A stretch of DNA of 64,000 bases, taken from Armatimonadota bacterium (GTDB lineage: Bacteria; Armatimonadota; Fimbriimonadia; Fimbriimonadales; GBS-DC). Location: the NCBI GenBank assembly GCA_037444405.1, contig JBBIML010000008.1:68225-132224 (forward strand), in the 5' to 3' direction. A program made the translations under genes and the position numbers. The notes beneath the pieces were generated by a model that searched no databases, had not been told where the DNA came from, and saw only the letters and a program-made list of their open reading frames with translations. Below, in pieces: positions 1 to 9,135 of the stretch (its first letter is position 1; every line of letters starts with the position of its first letter).

Positions 1-2
1 AC

Positions 3-110
3 GCCGTGCGCGGCGTGAACCTCCAGCCCGACGATAGCGAGCGCGCCCTGCAGGAGATGCAGGCGGCGGGCGCGACGCTGACCGATGCCAGCGCCCTCAC
101 CGCAAAGTGA
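3..110 (+). CDS. 3' end of an unidentified CDS entering from upstream of the window
   Basis: Frame 3 is open from the window edge (..AVRGVNLQPDDSERALQEMQAAGATLTDASALTAK) and ends at TGA 108-110. Too short to assign a function. Confidence 0.3.
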   Translation, partial: AVRGVNLQPDDSERALQEMQAAGATLTDASALTAK

Positions 111-123
111 AGGAGGCTTGACG

Positions 124-324
124 ATGTGCCGTGACGAATCGTTCGTGCCCGTCTCGCTGGAGCCTGACCCCGTGATCGAAGCTTACAAACAGCACATCGA
201 CCGCACGCTGCTGATTGAGAACCTCAAGCTGACGCCCACCGAGCGACTGCGCAGGCTCATGGAGCTGCAGCGGTTCGCCGAGGCGCTGCGCGAGGCAGGC
301 AAACAATTGCGAGAAGCCCGATGA
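124..324 (+). CDS. small helical protein, putative partner or antitoxin-like component of the downstream nucleotidyltransferase
   Basis: ATG at 124 lies 7 nt after GAAGGAGG (109-116). The 66-aa product is charged and helical. Its stop overlaps the next start as ATGA (321-324). Confidence 0.5.
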   Translation: MCRDESFVPVSLEPDPVIEAYKQHIDRTLLIENLKLTPTERLRRLMELQRFAEALREAGKQLREAR

Positions 325-803
325 CCGATTTTGAGAAGATCCTCCAGCAACTGCACGCGCACGGCGTGGAGTTTATCCTGATAGGTGGGGTGGCGGCGCG
401 GGTGTTCGGTTCCGCCCGCCTGACCGATGATATCGACATCGTTTATCGGCGCACGCCAGCGAATCTGCAACGACTGGTGGACGCGCTGGAGCCGTATCAG
501 CCCTATTTGCGGGGCGCGCCGCCTGGGTTGCCCTTCCGCTGGGAGGTTAGCACGCTCCGACACGGCTTGAACTTCACGCTGACCACCCAGCTGGGCAGTA
601 TCGATCTGTTTGGCGAGGTGGCGGGCGGCGGCACCTACGAACAGCTGCTGCCATCCACCATCACGCTGGAGATTAGCGGCATCCCCTGCCGCTGTGTGAC
701 GCTGACCAAGCTCATCGAGCTGAAACGCGCGGCAGGACGCCCACACGACCTCGAAGCCATCGCCGAGCTGGAAACACTGCAGGAGCTTTCCGACGGGGTA
801 TGA
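321..803 (+). CDS. minimal Pol-beta-fold nucleotidyltransferase family protein
   Basis: Motif LIGGVAARVFGSARLTDDIDIV fits G[GS]-x9-13-DxD. C-terminal KLIELKRAAGRPHDLEAIAEL motif is present. Translationally coupled to the upstream small ORF. Confidence 0.6.
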   Translation: MTDFEKILQQLHAHGVEFILIGGVAARVFGSARLTDDIDIVYRRTPANLQRLVDALEPYQPYLRGAPPGLPFRWEVSTLRHGLNFTLTTQLGSIDLFGEVAGGGTYEQLLPSTITLEISGIPCRCVTLTKLIELKRAAGRPHDLEAIAELETLQELSDGV

Positions 804-808
804 CGGCG

Positions 809-1828
809 CTACCGGACGGTTAATGGCGCGCTGGCATGGGCGTCGAGATCGAAATCGGCGCGCTCGCCCGCCAGCAGGCGATAGTAGCCCGCGCAGGCAA
901 TCATTGCGGCGTTATCGGTGCAGTAGTGCAGGGGCGGGATGAGCAGCTGGAGCCGTTCGCGTTCGGCGGCGTCGCGCATCTGGCTCTGCAGGGCGGAGTT
1001 CGCCGCGACGCCGCCCACCACCGTCAGCGTGCCGATCTGACACTCCCGCGCCGCCCGCACTGCTTTGACCGTCAGCACATCCACGACTGCCTGCTGGAAC
1101 GAGGCGCACAGGTCGGCAATCGTCGCCTCGTCCAGCTCGCCTGAACAGCGCAGGCGCTCCACCTCGCGCAGAACCGCCGTCTTCAACCCGCTGAAACTGA
1201 AGTTGTAAGTGCCCTCCAGCCATGCACGCGGGAACGCGAACGCATGGGGATCCCCCTTGCGTGCCAGCCGATCAATCGCGGGTCCGCCGGGGTAGCCCAG
1301 TCCCAGCAGCCGCGCGACCTTGTCGAACGCTTCGCCTGCCGCGTCGTCGAGCGTCTCGCCCAGCAGCAGGTAATCGCCGTGCGCTTTCGCCAGCACCAGC
1401 TCGGTATGCCCACCTGACACAATCAGGCACAGGTGTGGGAACGGGATGGACGCGTCGGGTTCGGTGAGGAACGCCGAGTAGAGATGCCCCTCCAGATGGT
1501 GGACGCCGACGAAGGGGCGGTCAAGCGCGAGCGCGAGCGCTTTGGCGGTTGCCAGCCCCACCACCAGCGCGCCCACCAGCCCCGGACGGTTGGTGACGGC
1601 GATCCCGTCGATATCGCTCCAGCGGATGCCCGCCTCGTCCAGCGCCTGCTGAAGGATGGGGTTGAGCCGTTCCACATGCTGGCGGGCGGCGGCTTCAGGC
1701 ACGATACCGCCCCAGCGCGCGTGCAACTCCGCCTGCGAAGCGACGATGCTGCTGCGCACCTGTCGCCTCTCCAGCACGGCGGCTGCCGTCTCATCGCAAC
1801 TGGTCTCAATGCCCAGAATCACACGCAC
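809..1828 (-). CDS. tsaD: tRNA N6-adenosine threonylcarbamoyltransferase TsaD (Kae1/Gcp family)
   Basis: ILGIETSCDETAAAV N-terminus, HHLEGHL and GGVAANS motifs. The long N-terminal extension of the 459-aa ORF is Arg/Ala/Pro-rich and looks non-coding. The start is a GTG at 1828 or 1822. Confidence 0.9.
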   Translation of the reverse strand: MRVILGIETSCDETAAAVLERRQVRSSIVASQAELHARWGGIVPEAAARQHVERLNPILQQALDEAGIRWSDIDGIAVTNRPGLVGALVVGLATAKALALALDRPFVGVHHLEGHLYSAFLTEPDASIPFPHLCLIVSGGHTELVLAKAHGDYLLLGETLDDAAGEAFDKVARLLGLGYPGGPAIDRLARKGDPHAFAFPRAWLEGTYNFSFSGLKTAVLREVERLRCSGELDEATIADLCASFQQAVVDVLTVKAVRAARECQIGTLTVVGGVAANSALQSQMRDAAERERLQLLIPPLHYCTDNAAMIACAGYYRLLAGERADFDLDAHASAPLTVR

Positions 1829-1836
1829 CAGCAAGA

Positions 1837-2757
1837 TTATACTGCTTCGCGGTCGCGGGGAGCGGTGCGCAGTTTCTCGATGGCGTGCAGGAGCCAGCGG
1901 CTGCTGCGGGCGAGCGGGTCGTTCGGCTGCTGCGGATCGAGCGGTTTGGGCGTGCGCCCCATCGCCAGATCGCGCATGAAACGCTCCACCTGGCGCAGGC
2001 GCTCGCGCTGTGCCAGCATGGTGCGCGCGACTGACTCCCAGCGTGTGCCGCGCAGGGCATGCAGGGGCAGATCGGCGTCCTCGGTTTGGAGCCAGCGGGT
2101 CATCAGTCGTGCGGGGCGCAGATAGAAATGCCAGAGCCAGCCCATCAGCAACGCGCCCATCAGCGCACAGAAGCCAAGCGCCAGCCATCGCTGAGCGTAG
2201 CCCTGCTGAATCTGTGTCCCGTGCCAGGCTGATAATGCCTGCTGGAGCGACTGGAGAGCCGCCTGAAGGCTGTCCTGACCCTTCAGATGGAAAGCGTGCA
2301 GGTTTCCAAGGCTGATGTGGCGGGCGTCAGCGTGGCGCAGGTACTCCCACAGGCTGGCACTGATCTGTTGCCATTCCATCTCGGTGCGGATGGCTGCCCA
2401 GTGCAGGGTTTCGGGCGCGTCGGGCTGCTGGAGGGGCGGTTCCAGCGCGTTCCGCATGGCGCGGAAGGCACGCTCAGCTTCGCCTGTGCGCTCGCGCAAC
2501 TGCGCCTGCACAGCCGCTGGCTCCACACCGCTCACACGCACCACCGGCGAGGCGCTCGCGCCCAGCACCGTGACCAGCCGCTCGCAATCGCCCACCGCCT
2601 GCTGGAAGCGCACCCACGCCGCCATGAGCCGAACCTGCTGCATGACGGTGTGTTCCAGCGCCTGCTCAATGACCCACACGCGCCACAAGCCGAAGAGCAA
2701 GCCCAGCCCAATGAGCCACAGCCCAACCGTCTCCCAGTTCAGACGCCGTTCGTCCAT
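1837..2757 (-). CDS. hypothetical membrane protein (two hydrophobic segments, helical linker)
   Basis: 306-aa ORF with ATG at 2757. An N-terminal TM (VGLWLIGLGLLFGLW) and a second TM (WLALGFCALMGALLMGWLW) are followed by a helical region. It ends 8 nt before tsaD. Confidence 0.55.
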   Translation of the reverse strand: MDERRLNWETVGLWLIGLGLLFGLWRVWVIEQALEHTVMQQVRLMAAWVRFQQAVGDCERLVTVLGASASPVVRVSGVEPAAVQAQLRERTGEAERAFRAMRNALEPPLQQPDAPETLHWAAIRTEMEWQQISASLWEYLRHADARHISLGNLHAFHLKGQDSLQAALQSLQQALSAWHGTQIQQGYAQRWLALGFCALMGALLMGWLWHFYLRPARLMTRWLQTEDADLPLHALRGTRWESVARTMLAQRERLRQVERFMRDLAMGRTPKPLDPQQPNDPLARSSRWLLHAIEKLRTAPRDREAV

Positions 2758-2824
2758 ATCGCTGACCGCTGCTCAAATGTTGTTCCATATTGCTCGCCGA
2801 GATAGCGATGCAGGAAGCACTCTG

Positions 2825-4462
2825 ATGAGGGCGAAGCACATGCCCATGCGAGTTCGAACGCGCTATTGGCTCGGATGGTTGTGCTATCTGTTGCTGGTCA
2901 GCCTCGCCTGGAGCGGCACGAACCCCTCGCTGACGGAGGCTATCGAACGCATTCGGGACGAGGGGCTGAACCATTCGCAGGTGATGCAGACGCTCTCCTA
3001 TCTAACCGATGTGATCGGACCCCGCCTGACAGGCTCCCCCGCGCTGTTGCGAGCGCACGAATGGACACGCGACCAGCTGCAGCGCTGGGGCTTGCAGAAC
3101 GCGCGCCTTGAGAGCTGGGGCACTTTCGGACGCGGCTGGACACTCAAGCGCTTCTCCGCCGAGATGGTCGAACCGCAGTGCATGCCGATTACAGGCATGC
3201 CGAAGGCGTGGTCGCCCGGCTTCCGTCGTCCCATCACCGCCGAGGTGGTCTATATTGACGCGCGCACGCCTGCCGATCTGGAGAAGTATCGGGGCAAACT
3301 TCGGGGCAAGATTGTGCTGAACACGCCCGCTCCTGTGCCGCTGGGCTTGCTGACCGAACCGCTCGCCCGCCGACTGGAAAGCGAATCGGAGCGCATGCAG
3401 CCGCGCCGCCGACCCAGCACGGGTCCCACCACCTCGCCCGAACTGGAAGACGCCAAATATCGCCTCTATGCGCAGGAGCGCGTCGCGCTGGTGGTGGAGA
3501 CCAGTGTGGTCGGTGAGGGTGTCGCCATCCGCGTGATGAGCGCCCGCACCATCCGCCTCAACGAGAGCGACCCTGCACGCCCATGGCAACCCGGCGCGCG
3601 CGTCATCCCCCAGATTGTTATCGCGCCTGAACAGTACAACCGCATGGTGCGCATGCTGCAACAGGGCGAACGGGTCAAAATGAGCGTGAACCTGCGCGTG
3701 GAGTTCCATGAGAACCAGCAGGGCTACAACACGATTGCCGAAATCCCCGGCACCGACCTGAAAGACGAGATTGTGATGCTGGGGGCGCATCTCGATTCGT
3801 GGCACGCGGCGACGGGCACCACCGATAACGCGGCGGGCGTCGCGGTGTGCATGGAGGCGGTGCGCATCCTGATGGCGGCGGGCTTGCAACCGCGCCGCAC
3901 GATTCGGATCGCGCTCTGGGGCGGCGAGGAGCAGGGTCTGCTCGGCTCCCGCGCCTATGTCGCCCAGCACTTTGCCCGCTGGGAAGGTACGGGCGAAGGG
4001 CGCCGACTCATCACAACGCCCGATTATGACCGATTCTGTGCCTACTTCAACTACGATAACGGTGCAGGGCGCATTCGCGGCATCAATCTGGAGGGCATCG
4101 AAGCGCTTCAGCCCATCTTCGCCGAGTGGCTCAAGCCGTTCGAAGACCTGCAGGCGACCACGATCTCCATGCGGGGCACTGGCAGCACCGACCATGTGTC
4201 ATTCAATAGCGTCGGGCTGCCCGGCTTCCAGTTCATTCAGGACCCGCTGGAGTACGGCACGCGCACATGGCACACCAATCAGGACTACTATGACCGTGCG
4301 CCTGCCGATGACCTCAAGCAGGCGGCGACGATCCTGGCGGCGATAGTGTATCAGGCGGCGATGCAGGATGAGCGGCTGCCGCGTCGGGAGCTGACCGCGC
4401 CCCGCGCCGCGCTCCTGCATGCCCATTCAGGCGCGGGCATGGACGATGAGCATGACCATTAG
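2825..4462 (+). CDS. M28 family metallopeptidase (aminopeptidase-like), secreted
   Basis: Signal-like N-terminus RYWLGWLCYLLLVSLAWSG. Motifs GAHLDSWHAATGTTDNAAG and ALWGGEEQGLLGSRAYV are typical of M28 zinc peptidases. Alternative ATG starts at 2840 and 2846. Confidence 0.8.
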   Translation: MRAKHMPMRVRTRYWLGWLCYLLLVSLAWSGTNPSLTEAIERIRDEGLNHSQVMQTLSYLTDVIGPRLTGSPALLRAHEWTRDQLQRWGLQNARLESWGTFGRGWTLKRFSAEMVEPQCMPITGMPKAWSPGFRRPITAEVVYIDARTPADLEKYRGKLRGKIVLNTPAPVPLGLLTEPLARRLESESERMQPRRRPSTGPTTSPELEDAKYRLYAQERVALVVETSVVGEGVAIRVMSARTIRLNESDPARPWQPGARVIPQIVIAPEQYNRMVRMLQQGERVKMSVNLRVEFHENQQGYNTIAEIPGTDLKDEIVMLGAHLDSWHAATGTTDNAAGVAVCMEAVRILMAAGLQPRRTIRIALWGGEEQGLLGSRAYVAQHFARWEGTGEGRRLITTPDYDRFCAYFNYDNGAGRIRGINLEGIEALQPIFAEWLKPFEDLQATTISMRGTGSTDHVSFNSVGLPGFQFIQDPLEYGTRTWHTNQDYYDRAPADDLKQAATILAAIVYQAAMQDERLPRRELTAPRAALLHAHSGAGMDDEHDH

Positions 4463-5493
4463 TCGCTGACAAGGTTCGCGACCGACTGGGTGAAGGCGAT
4501 GTAGTCTTCGAGCGTTTCGATGGCGCGCCCCGTTTCGATGGCGCGGAGAGCGATATGGGCGCCGTCGCGCGGGTCATCCACACGCCCTGCAATCCAGAGC
4601 GCCATCGCCGCGCCGGGCAACAGCGCCAGCATGCGTTCTTCATCGTCGCCAGCGAGCGCAGCACGAAGATAGCTCGCGTTCTGTTCGGGTGTCTCGCCTG
4701 CGATAATCGCGCTGCCCATCACGCGCTCCAGCCCGATATCTTCAGGCGTGAACTCAAAAGTTTCGACAGAGCCGTCGGGCTTCAGGTGTGCGGCGACCGT
4801 TGTGCCAATCGGCGACACTTCGTCCAGCCCGTCCATGCCGTGAACGACCAGCGCGCGCTCCGCGCCCAATCGTCCCAGCGCCTCGGCGAGGATCGCAATC
4901 CACTGCCAGTGGAACACGCCGAGCAGTTGATAGCGGGCGCCGGCAGGGTTGGTGAGCGGTCCGAGCAGGTTGAACACGGTGCGCACGCCCAGCTCACGCC
5001 GCACGGGCGCCACCGTGCGCATCGCAGGATGATGCGCCGGCGCGAACAGGAAACCGATGCCTATCTGCTCGATGGCTTCGGCGACCTGCTCTGGCGTGAG
5101 GTTCAGGTTCACGCCGAGTGCCTCCAGCACATCGGCGCTGCCGCATCGGCTGCTGACGGCGCGATTGCCATGCTTGGCGACGGGCACGCCCGCTGCCGCG
5201 ACCACGAACGCAATTGCGGTGGAGAGGTTCCAGGTTTTGATAGCGTCGCCGCCTGTGCCGCAGGTGTCCAGCAGGCTGAGTGGGGGCGCAGGCACGCGCA
5301 CGGCAAGCGCGCGCATGGCGCGGGCGAAACCGACCAGCTCGTCCAGCGTCTCGCCCCGCGTGCGCAACGCCATCAGCACGCCCGCAATCTGCACAGGGGT
5401 CAACTCGCCCCCCATCAGCGCGTGCATCAACTGCTCCGCCTCGCTCTCGCTCAGAATGGAGCCTTCCAGCACTTTTCGGGCTATCGCGTTCAT
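4459..5493 (-). CDS. trpD: anthranilate phosphoribosyltransferase
   Basis: GTGGD and KHGNRAVSS motifs. The protein is full length, 344 aa. Confidence 0.92.
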   Translation of the reverse strand: MNAIARKVLEGSILSESEAEQLMHALMGGELTPVQIAGVLMALRTRGETLDELVGFARAMRALAVRVPAPPLSLLDTCGTGGDAIKTWNLSTAIAFVVAAAGVPVAKHGNRAVSSRCGSADVLEALGVNLNLTPEQVAEAIEQIGIGFLFAPAHHPAMRTVAPVRRELGVRTVFNLLGPLTNPAGARYQLLGVFHWQWIAILAEALGRLGAERALVVHGMDGLDEVSPIGTTVAAHLKPDGSVETFEFTPEDIGLERVMGSAIIAGETPEQNASYLRAALAGDDEERMLALLPGAAMALWIAGRVDDPRDGAHIALRAIETGRAIETLEDYIAFTQSVANLVSD

Positions 5494-5555
5494 GGTTGTT
5501 GGATAGGGGCGCGGTCACCGCGCCCTGACTTTTCTATCGCGTTCATGGTTGTTGG
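5481..5555. repeat. 22-bp direct duplication of the trpD start region flanking a GC hairpin (GGGGCGCGG-tca-CCGCGCCC)
   Basis: ctatcgcgttcatggttgttgg occurs at 5481-5502 and 5534-5555. The hairpin lies at 5506-5525 between the two copies. Confidence 0.9.
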
Positions 5556-5563
5556 GTAGAGTT

Positions 5564-6913
5564 TCAGCCCAGCGCGGTACGGATGGCGTGGGCAAGCCGC
5601 TGCAGGCACTCGTCGACCAGCTCGGGCGTTTCGGCTTCGACCATCAGTCGGATGGCGTTTTCGGTGCCGGAGGCGCGAATGTTAAGCCGTCCGCGCCCGT
5701 TGAGCTGCGCCTGTGTCTCCCGAATGGCTGCCTGCACGATGGGATGCCCCTGCCAGGCGTGCTTATCGCGCACGGGCAGGCTCATCAGACGCTGGGGGAA
5801 CGGCTCAAACGGATGGGCGATCTCCGAGAAGGGGCGCTCGCCCTGCAGATAGAGCGTCAGGGTCTGCAACAGTGTAATCAGCCCGTCGCCTGTGGTCGCT
5901 ACCTCGCGGAAGATGATGTGCCCCGACTGCTCGCCACCGATGATGGCACCGTGCTGACACATCGCTTCGGCGACATAGCGGTCGCCCACGCGCGTGCGCA
6001 CCAGCTGGATGCCTTCCTTCTGGAGCCGTCGCTCCATGCCGAGATTGCTCATCTCGGTGGCGACCACCACGGGCGGGTCCAGCGTGCCCTGCGCATGGCG
6101 GTGCAGCGCCCACAGCGTCATGATGCTGTCGCCATCCACCGGGTCGGCGTTCTCGTCGCAGAACAGGGCGCGGTCAGCGTCGCCATCGAACGCCACGCCC
6201 AGCTCCGCGCCCGATTGCAATACTGCCTGCTGCAAAAACTCTAAATGGGTGGAACCGCAGCCTGCATTAATGTTATCGCCGTCTGGCTCGCAGGCGAACA
6301 GGCTCACCTTCGCGCCCAGCTCGGTCAGCAGTGTCGGCGCGTAGAGGCTGGCTGCGCCGTTGGCGCAATCGACAGCGATGTGGATGCCCTGCAACGGCTC
6401 GCGCTGACCCGTCCACTCGCGCATCAGGTGCAGCAGATAGAGCAGGTACTGCTCGCGCTCGCGTTCATCATAGTGCCACTGCCCGATTGCCGATGCAGGG
6501 GGATAGGGGCACGGTTCCTCCAGCAACGCTTCAATCGCGAGTTCCGCCTCGTCGGGGAACTTGTAGCCGTCGCTGCCGATGAGCTTGATGCCGTTATCCT
6601 GCGCGGGGTTGTGCGAGGCGGAGAGCGCGATGCCCAGGTCGTAATGTCCCTCGCGCACGAGGTAAGCGATGGCGGGCGTGGGCAGCACGCCCGCCGAGGT
6701 GACCTGTGCGCCCTGCGCACATAGCCCGCTGATGAGCGCGGTTTCGAGCATCGCGCCGCTGCGCCGTGTGTCGCGCCCAATCAAAATGCGAGGCACAGGC
6801 AACTGCCGCTGCAGATAGCGGGCAATCGCGCGTCCCAGCCGCAGCGCGAAATCGGGCGTGAGCTGTTCGTTCGCCACGCCCCGAATGCCATCGGTGCCAA
6901 AATAACGCTTCAT
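5564..6913 (-). CDS. glmM: phosphoglucosamine mutase
   Basis: MKRYFGTDGIRG N-terminus and the SASHNP phosphoserine loop. 449 aa. Confidence 0.93.
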   Translation of the reverse strand: MKRYFGTDGIRGVANEQLTPDFALRLGRAIARYLQRQLPVPRILIGRDTRRSGAMLETALISGLCAQGAQVTSAGVLPTPAIAYLVREGHYDLGIALSASHNPAQDNGIKLIGSDGYKFPDEAELAIEALLEEPCPYPPASAIGQWHYDEREREQYLLYLLHLMREWTGQREPLQGIHIAVDCANGAASLYAPTLLTELGAKVSLFACEPDGDNINAGCGSTHLEFLQQAVLQSGAELGVAFDGDADRALFCDENADPVDGDSIMTLWALHRHAQGTLDPPVVVATEMSNLGMERRLQKEGIQLVRTRVGDRYVAEAMCQHGAIIGGEQSGHIIFREVATTGDGLITLLQTLTLYLQGERPFSEIAHPFEPFPQRLMSLPVRDKHAWQGHPIVQAAIRETQAQLNGRGRLNIRASGTENAIRLMVEAETPELVDECLQRLAHAIRTALG

Positions 6914-6950
6914 TTTTTTCTGTTATGGGCATCGCGCCCTGATAAGCGAG

Positions 6951-7553
6951 TTATACCTCGATATCGATGCCCTCTGTGGTGGTGGGCTGTTCGGGACGGC
7001 GAGCCACAATCACGCGGCTGGGACGCAGCACGCGCTCACCAATGCGGTAGCCGCGCTCGACCTCATCAATAATAATTCCGTCTTCGTACTCGGTAGTTTC
7101 GATTCGCTGAATGGCTTCATGCAGGTTGGGATCGAACGGTCGACCCACCGCTTCGATGGGATGGATGTCGTAGCGGGCAAGCAGGGCTTTGATCTGTCGC
7201 TCGGTGAGGCGCACACCTTCCAGCAGTGGCTCCAGGTCGCGCGTCGCCTCCGCCGCCTGCAGCGCCCGCTCGAAGTTGTCCAGAATCGGCAGCAGCTCTT
7301 CCATCAGTGATTCGAGCAGGCGCAGACGGCTGCGCTCCATCTCGTCCTGCTGGCGACGGCGATAGTTCTGGAAGTCCGCCAGCGTGCGCAAATAGAGATT
7401 CTTCTGCTCCTCGAGCGCGCGCTCCATCTCCTGCAGGCGCGTCTGCAGAGCTTCCAGGTCCTGGCTCACCGCCTCGCCGTTGCCCGCTTCCTCTACAACC
7501 GTCGTATTCTCTGCCTGTATCGTCTCGTTCGTCTCCATTGGGCGCTCCTCCAT
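6951..7553 (-). CDS. grpE: nucleotide exchange factor GrpE
   Basis: LRTLADFQNYRRR motif. ATG at 7553 is preceded by AAGGAGGTGA (7568-7559). An alternative in-frame ATG at 7571 lies 5 nt after a TAAAAT box. Confidence 0.88.
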   Translation of the reverse strand: MEERPMETNETIQAENTTVVEEAGNGEAVSQDLEALQTRLQEMERALEEQKNLYLRTLADFQNYRRRQQDEMERSRLRLLESLMEELLPILDNFERALQAAEATRDLEPLLEGVRLTERQIKALLARYDIHPIEAVGRPFDPNLHEAIQRIETTEYEDGIIIDEVERGYRIGERVLRPSRVIVARRPEQPTTTEGIDIEV

Positions 7554-7698
7554 GCACCTCACCTCCTTCATGTTCGATTTTACCTGAAACGCGCTATTTG
7601 CACTTGCCCAGCGTCAACAAAGAGGCGCACACGGGTGAGAAGGTGCAGGGGAACCGTCCGATAATAGGGACAGGTATAACCTTATCGGGGACGCCATT

Positions 7699-9135
7699 AT
7701 GACACAGGCGGAACGCACGGAACTGGAGAAATGGATCGAGATGATTTACGAGAAGGCACTGGAGCTGGGGTTAGACCCCTATCCCGTGCATTTTGAGGTG
7801 GTGCCCGCGCATGTGATCTATGAGCTGGGTGCGTACGGGCTGCCCGCGCGCTTCTCCCACTGGACCTTCGGACGCGACTACCATGTGCAAAAGACGATGT
7901 ACGAATACGGCATCAGCCGCATCTACGAGCTGGTGTTCAACGCCGACCCCGCCCAGGCGTTCCTGCTCGATGTGAACGATTTGCTCTCTCACAAGCTGGT
8001 GGTCGCCCATGTGTACGGGCACTCCGACTTCTTCAAAAACAACATCTACTTCGAGCATACCGACCGCCGCATGATTGAGCGGGCACGCCTGCACGCCGAG
8101 CGCATCCGCCAGTATGAGGCTGAACACGGTCCGCTGGTGGTCGAGCAGTTTCTGGATGCCGTGCTGTCGATTGAGGAGCATATCGACCCTGTGCTGCCCA
8201 CCCACGGCGCATCCAGCCGCCACGAGCCGCCCCGCGAGGAACCACCCACTGGCGACACCTACGAAGACATCTTCTACATGGTGCAGCCGAAGCCCAAACC
8301 GCAGCCCAAACCGCGCAAAATCCCCGAAGAGCCGCAGAAAGACCTCCTGCTCTTTATCCGCGACCATTCACGCGTGCTGGAAGACTGGCAGCGCGACATC
8401 ATCAGCATGGTTCGTGAAGAGATGCTCTACTTCCTACCACAAATTAAAACAAAGATAATGAATGAAGGATGGGCTTCATTCTGGCATGAAAGAATTTTAG
8501 AAAATCTACCGCTCACGCCGGATGAGCATGTGCAGTTTCGCAAGATGCACGCTTCGGTCATTCAGCCCGGTTCACGCCTGAGTTTGAACCCCTACTTTGT
8601 GGGCTACAAAATCTTTCGGGATATCGAGCGCCGCTGGAACGGCGAGCTGGAACCCGACGAGCAGGAGACCGACTGGATGGGTTATCCCATCGAGCGTCCG
8701 CAGGGTCAGGGGCTGCAGAAGATTTTCGAGGTGCGCCAGCTGGAGAACGATCAGAGCTTCCTGCACAAATACCTGACCGAGCGGCTCGTGCGCGAGTTAG
8801 ACCTTTACACCTATCGTGTGGAGGAGCAGGACGGCGAGCTGGTGTGGGTGGTGGACGAGACCGACTGGCGCAAGGTGCGCGACGCGCTGGTCGACCAGCT
8901 GACCAACTTCGGCGTGCCCGTGCTGACGGTGGAAGATGGCGACTGGGAGCATCGGGGCGAGCTGTACATCAAGCATCACTACGATGGCAAGCCGCTTGAT
9001 ATGGAGCGCACCACCCGCTGTCTGCGCTATCTGGTCAAGCTGTGGGGGCGCCCCGTGCATATCGAAACCGTCGTGGACGACGAGGAGGTGCTGCTCTCCT
9101 GCGACGGGACGAACATCACCCAGCACGCGCTCTAA
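7699..9135 (+). CDS. SpoVR family protein
   Basis: [30 protein letters not shown] and [17 protein letters not shown] closely resemble SpoVR/YcgB. Confidence 0.85.
   Translation: MTQAERTELEKWIEMIYEKALELGLDPYPVHFEVVPAHVIYELGAYGLPARFSHWTFGRDYHVQKTMYEYGISRIYELVFNADPAQAFLLDVNDLLSHKLVVAHVYGHSDFFKNNIYFEHTDRRMIERARLHAERIRQYEAEHGPLVVEQFLDAVLSIEEHIDPVLPTHGASSRHEPPREEPPTGDTYEDIFYMVQPKPKPQPKPRKIPEEPQKDLLLFIRDHSRVLEDWQRDIISMVREEMLYFLPQIKTKIMNEGWASFWHERILENLPLTPDEHVQFRKMHASVIQPGSRLSLNPYFVGYKIFRDIERRWNGELEPDEQETDWMGYPIERPQGQGLQKIFEVRQLENDQSFLHKYLTERLVRELDLYTYRVEEQDGELVWVVDETDWRKVRDALVDQLTNFGVPVLTVEDGDWEHRGELYIKHHYDGKPLDMERTTRCLRYLVKLWGRPVHIETVVDDEEVLLSCDGTNITQHAL

Noticed and set aside
809-2188. Long N-terminal extensions of track ORFs: tsaD 459 aa, NCS2 permease 792 aa (40724-43102), FNR 509 aa (29043-30572), carboxypeptidase 704 aa (49627-51741), 897 aa at 49801-52494, 715 aa at 2315-4462, hspR 296 aa.
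   Set aside because: The conserved protein starts at an internal Met or Val with an appropriate N-terminal motif or RBS. The extensions are low-complexity and overlap neighbouring real genes, so the shorter coordinates were used.
4459-4462. Convergent genes overlapping at their stop codons: M28 peptidase with trpD at TTAG 4459-4462, and spoVR with the oxidoreductase at 9132-9135.
   Set aside because: Four-nucleotide tail-to-tail overlaps are common in compact genomes and need no special explanation. They are noted only as evidence of tight packing and absence of terminators there.
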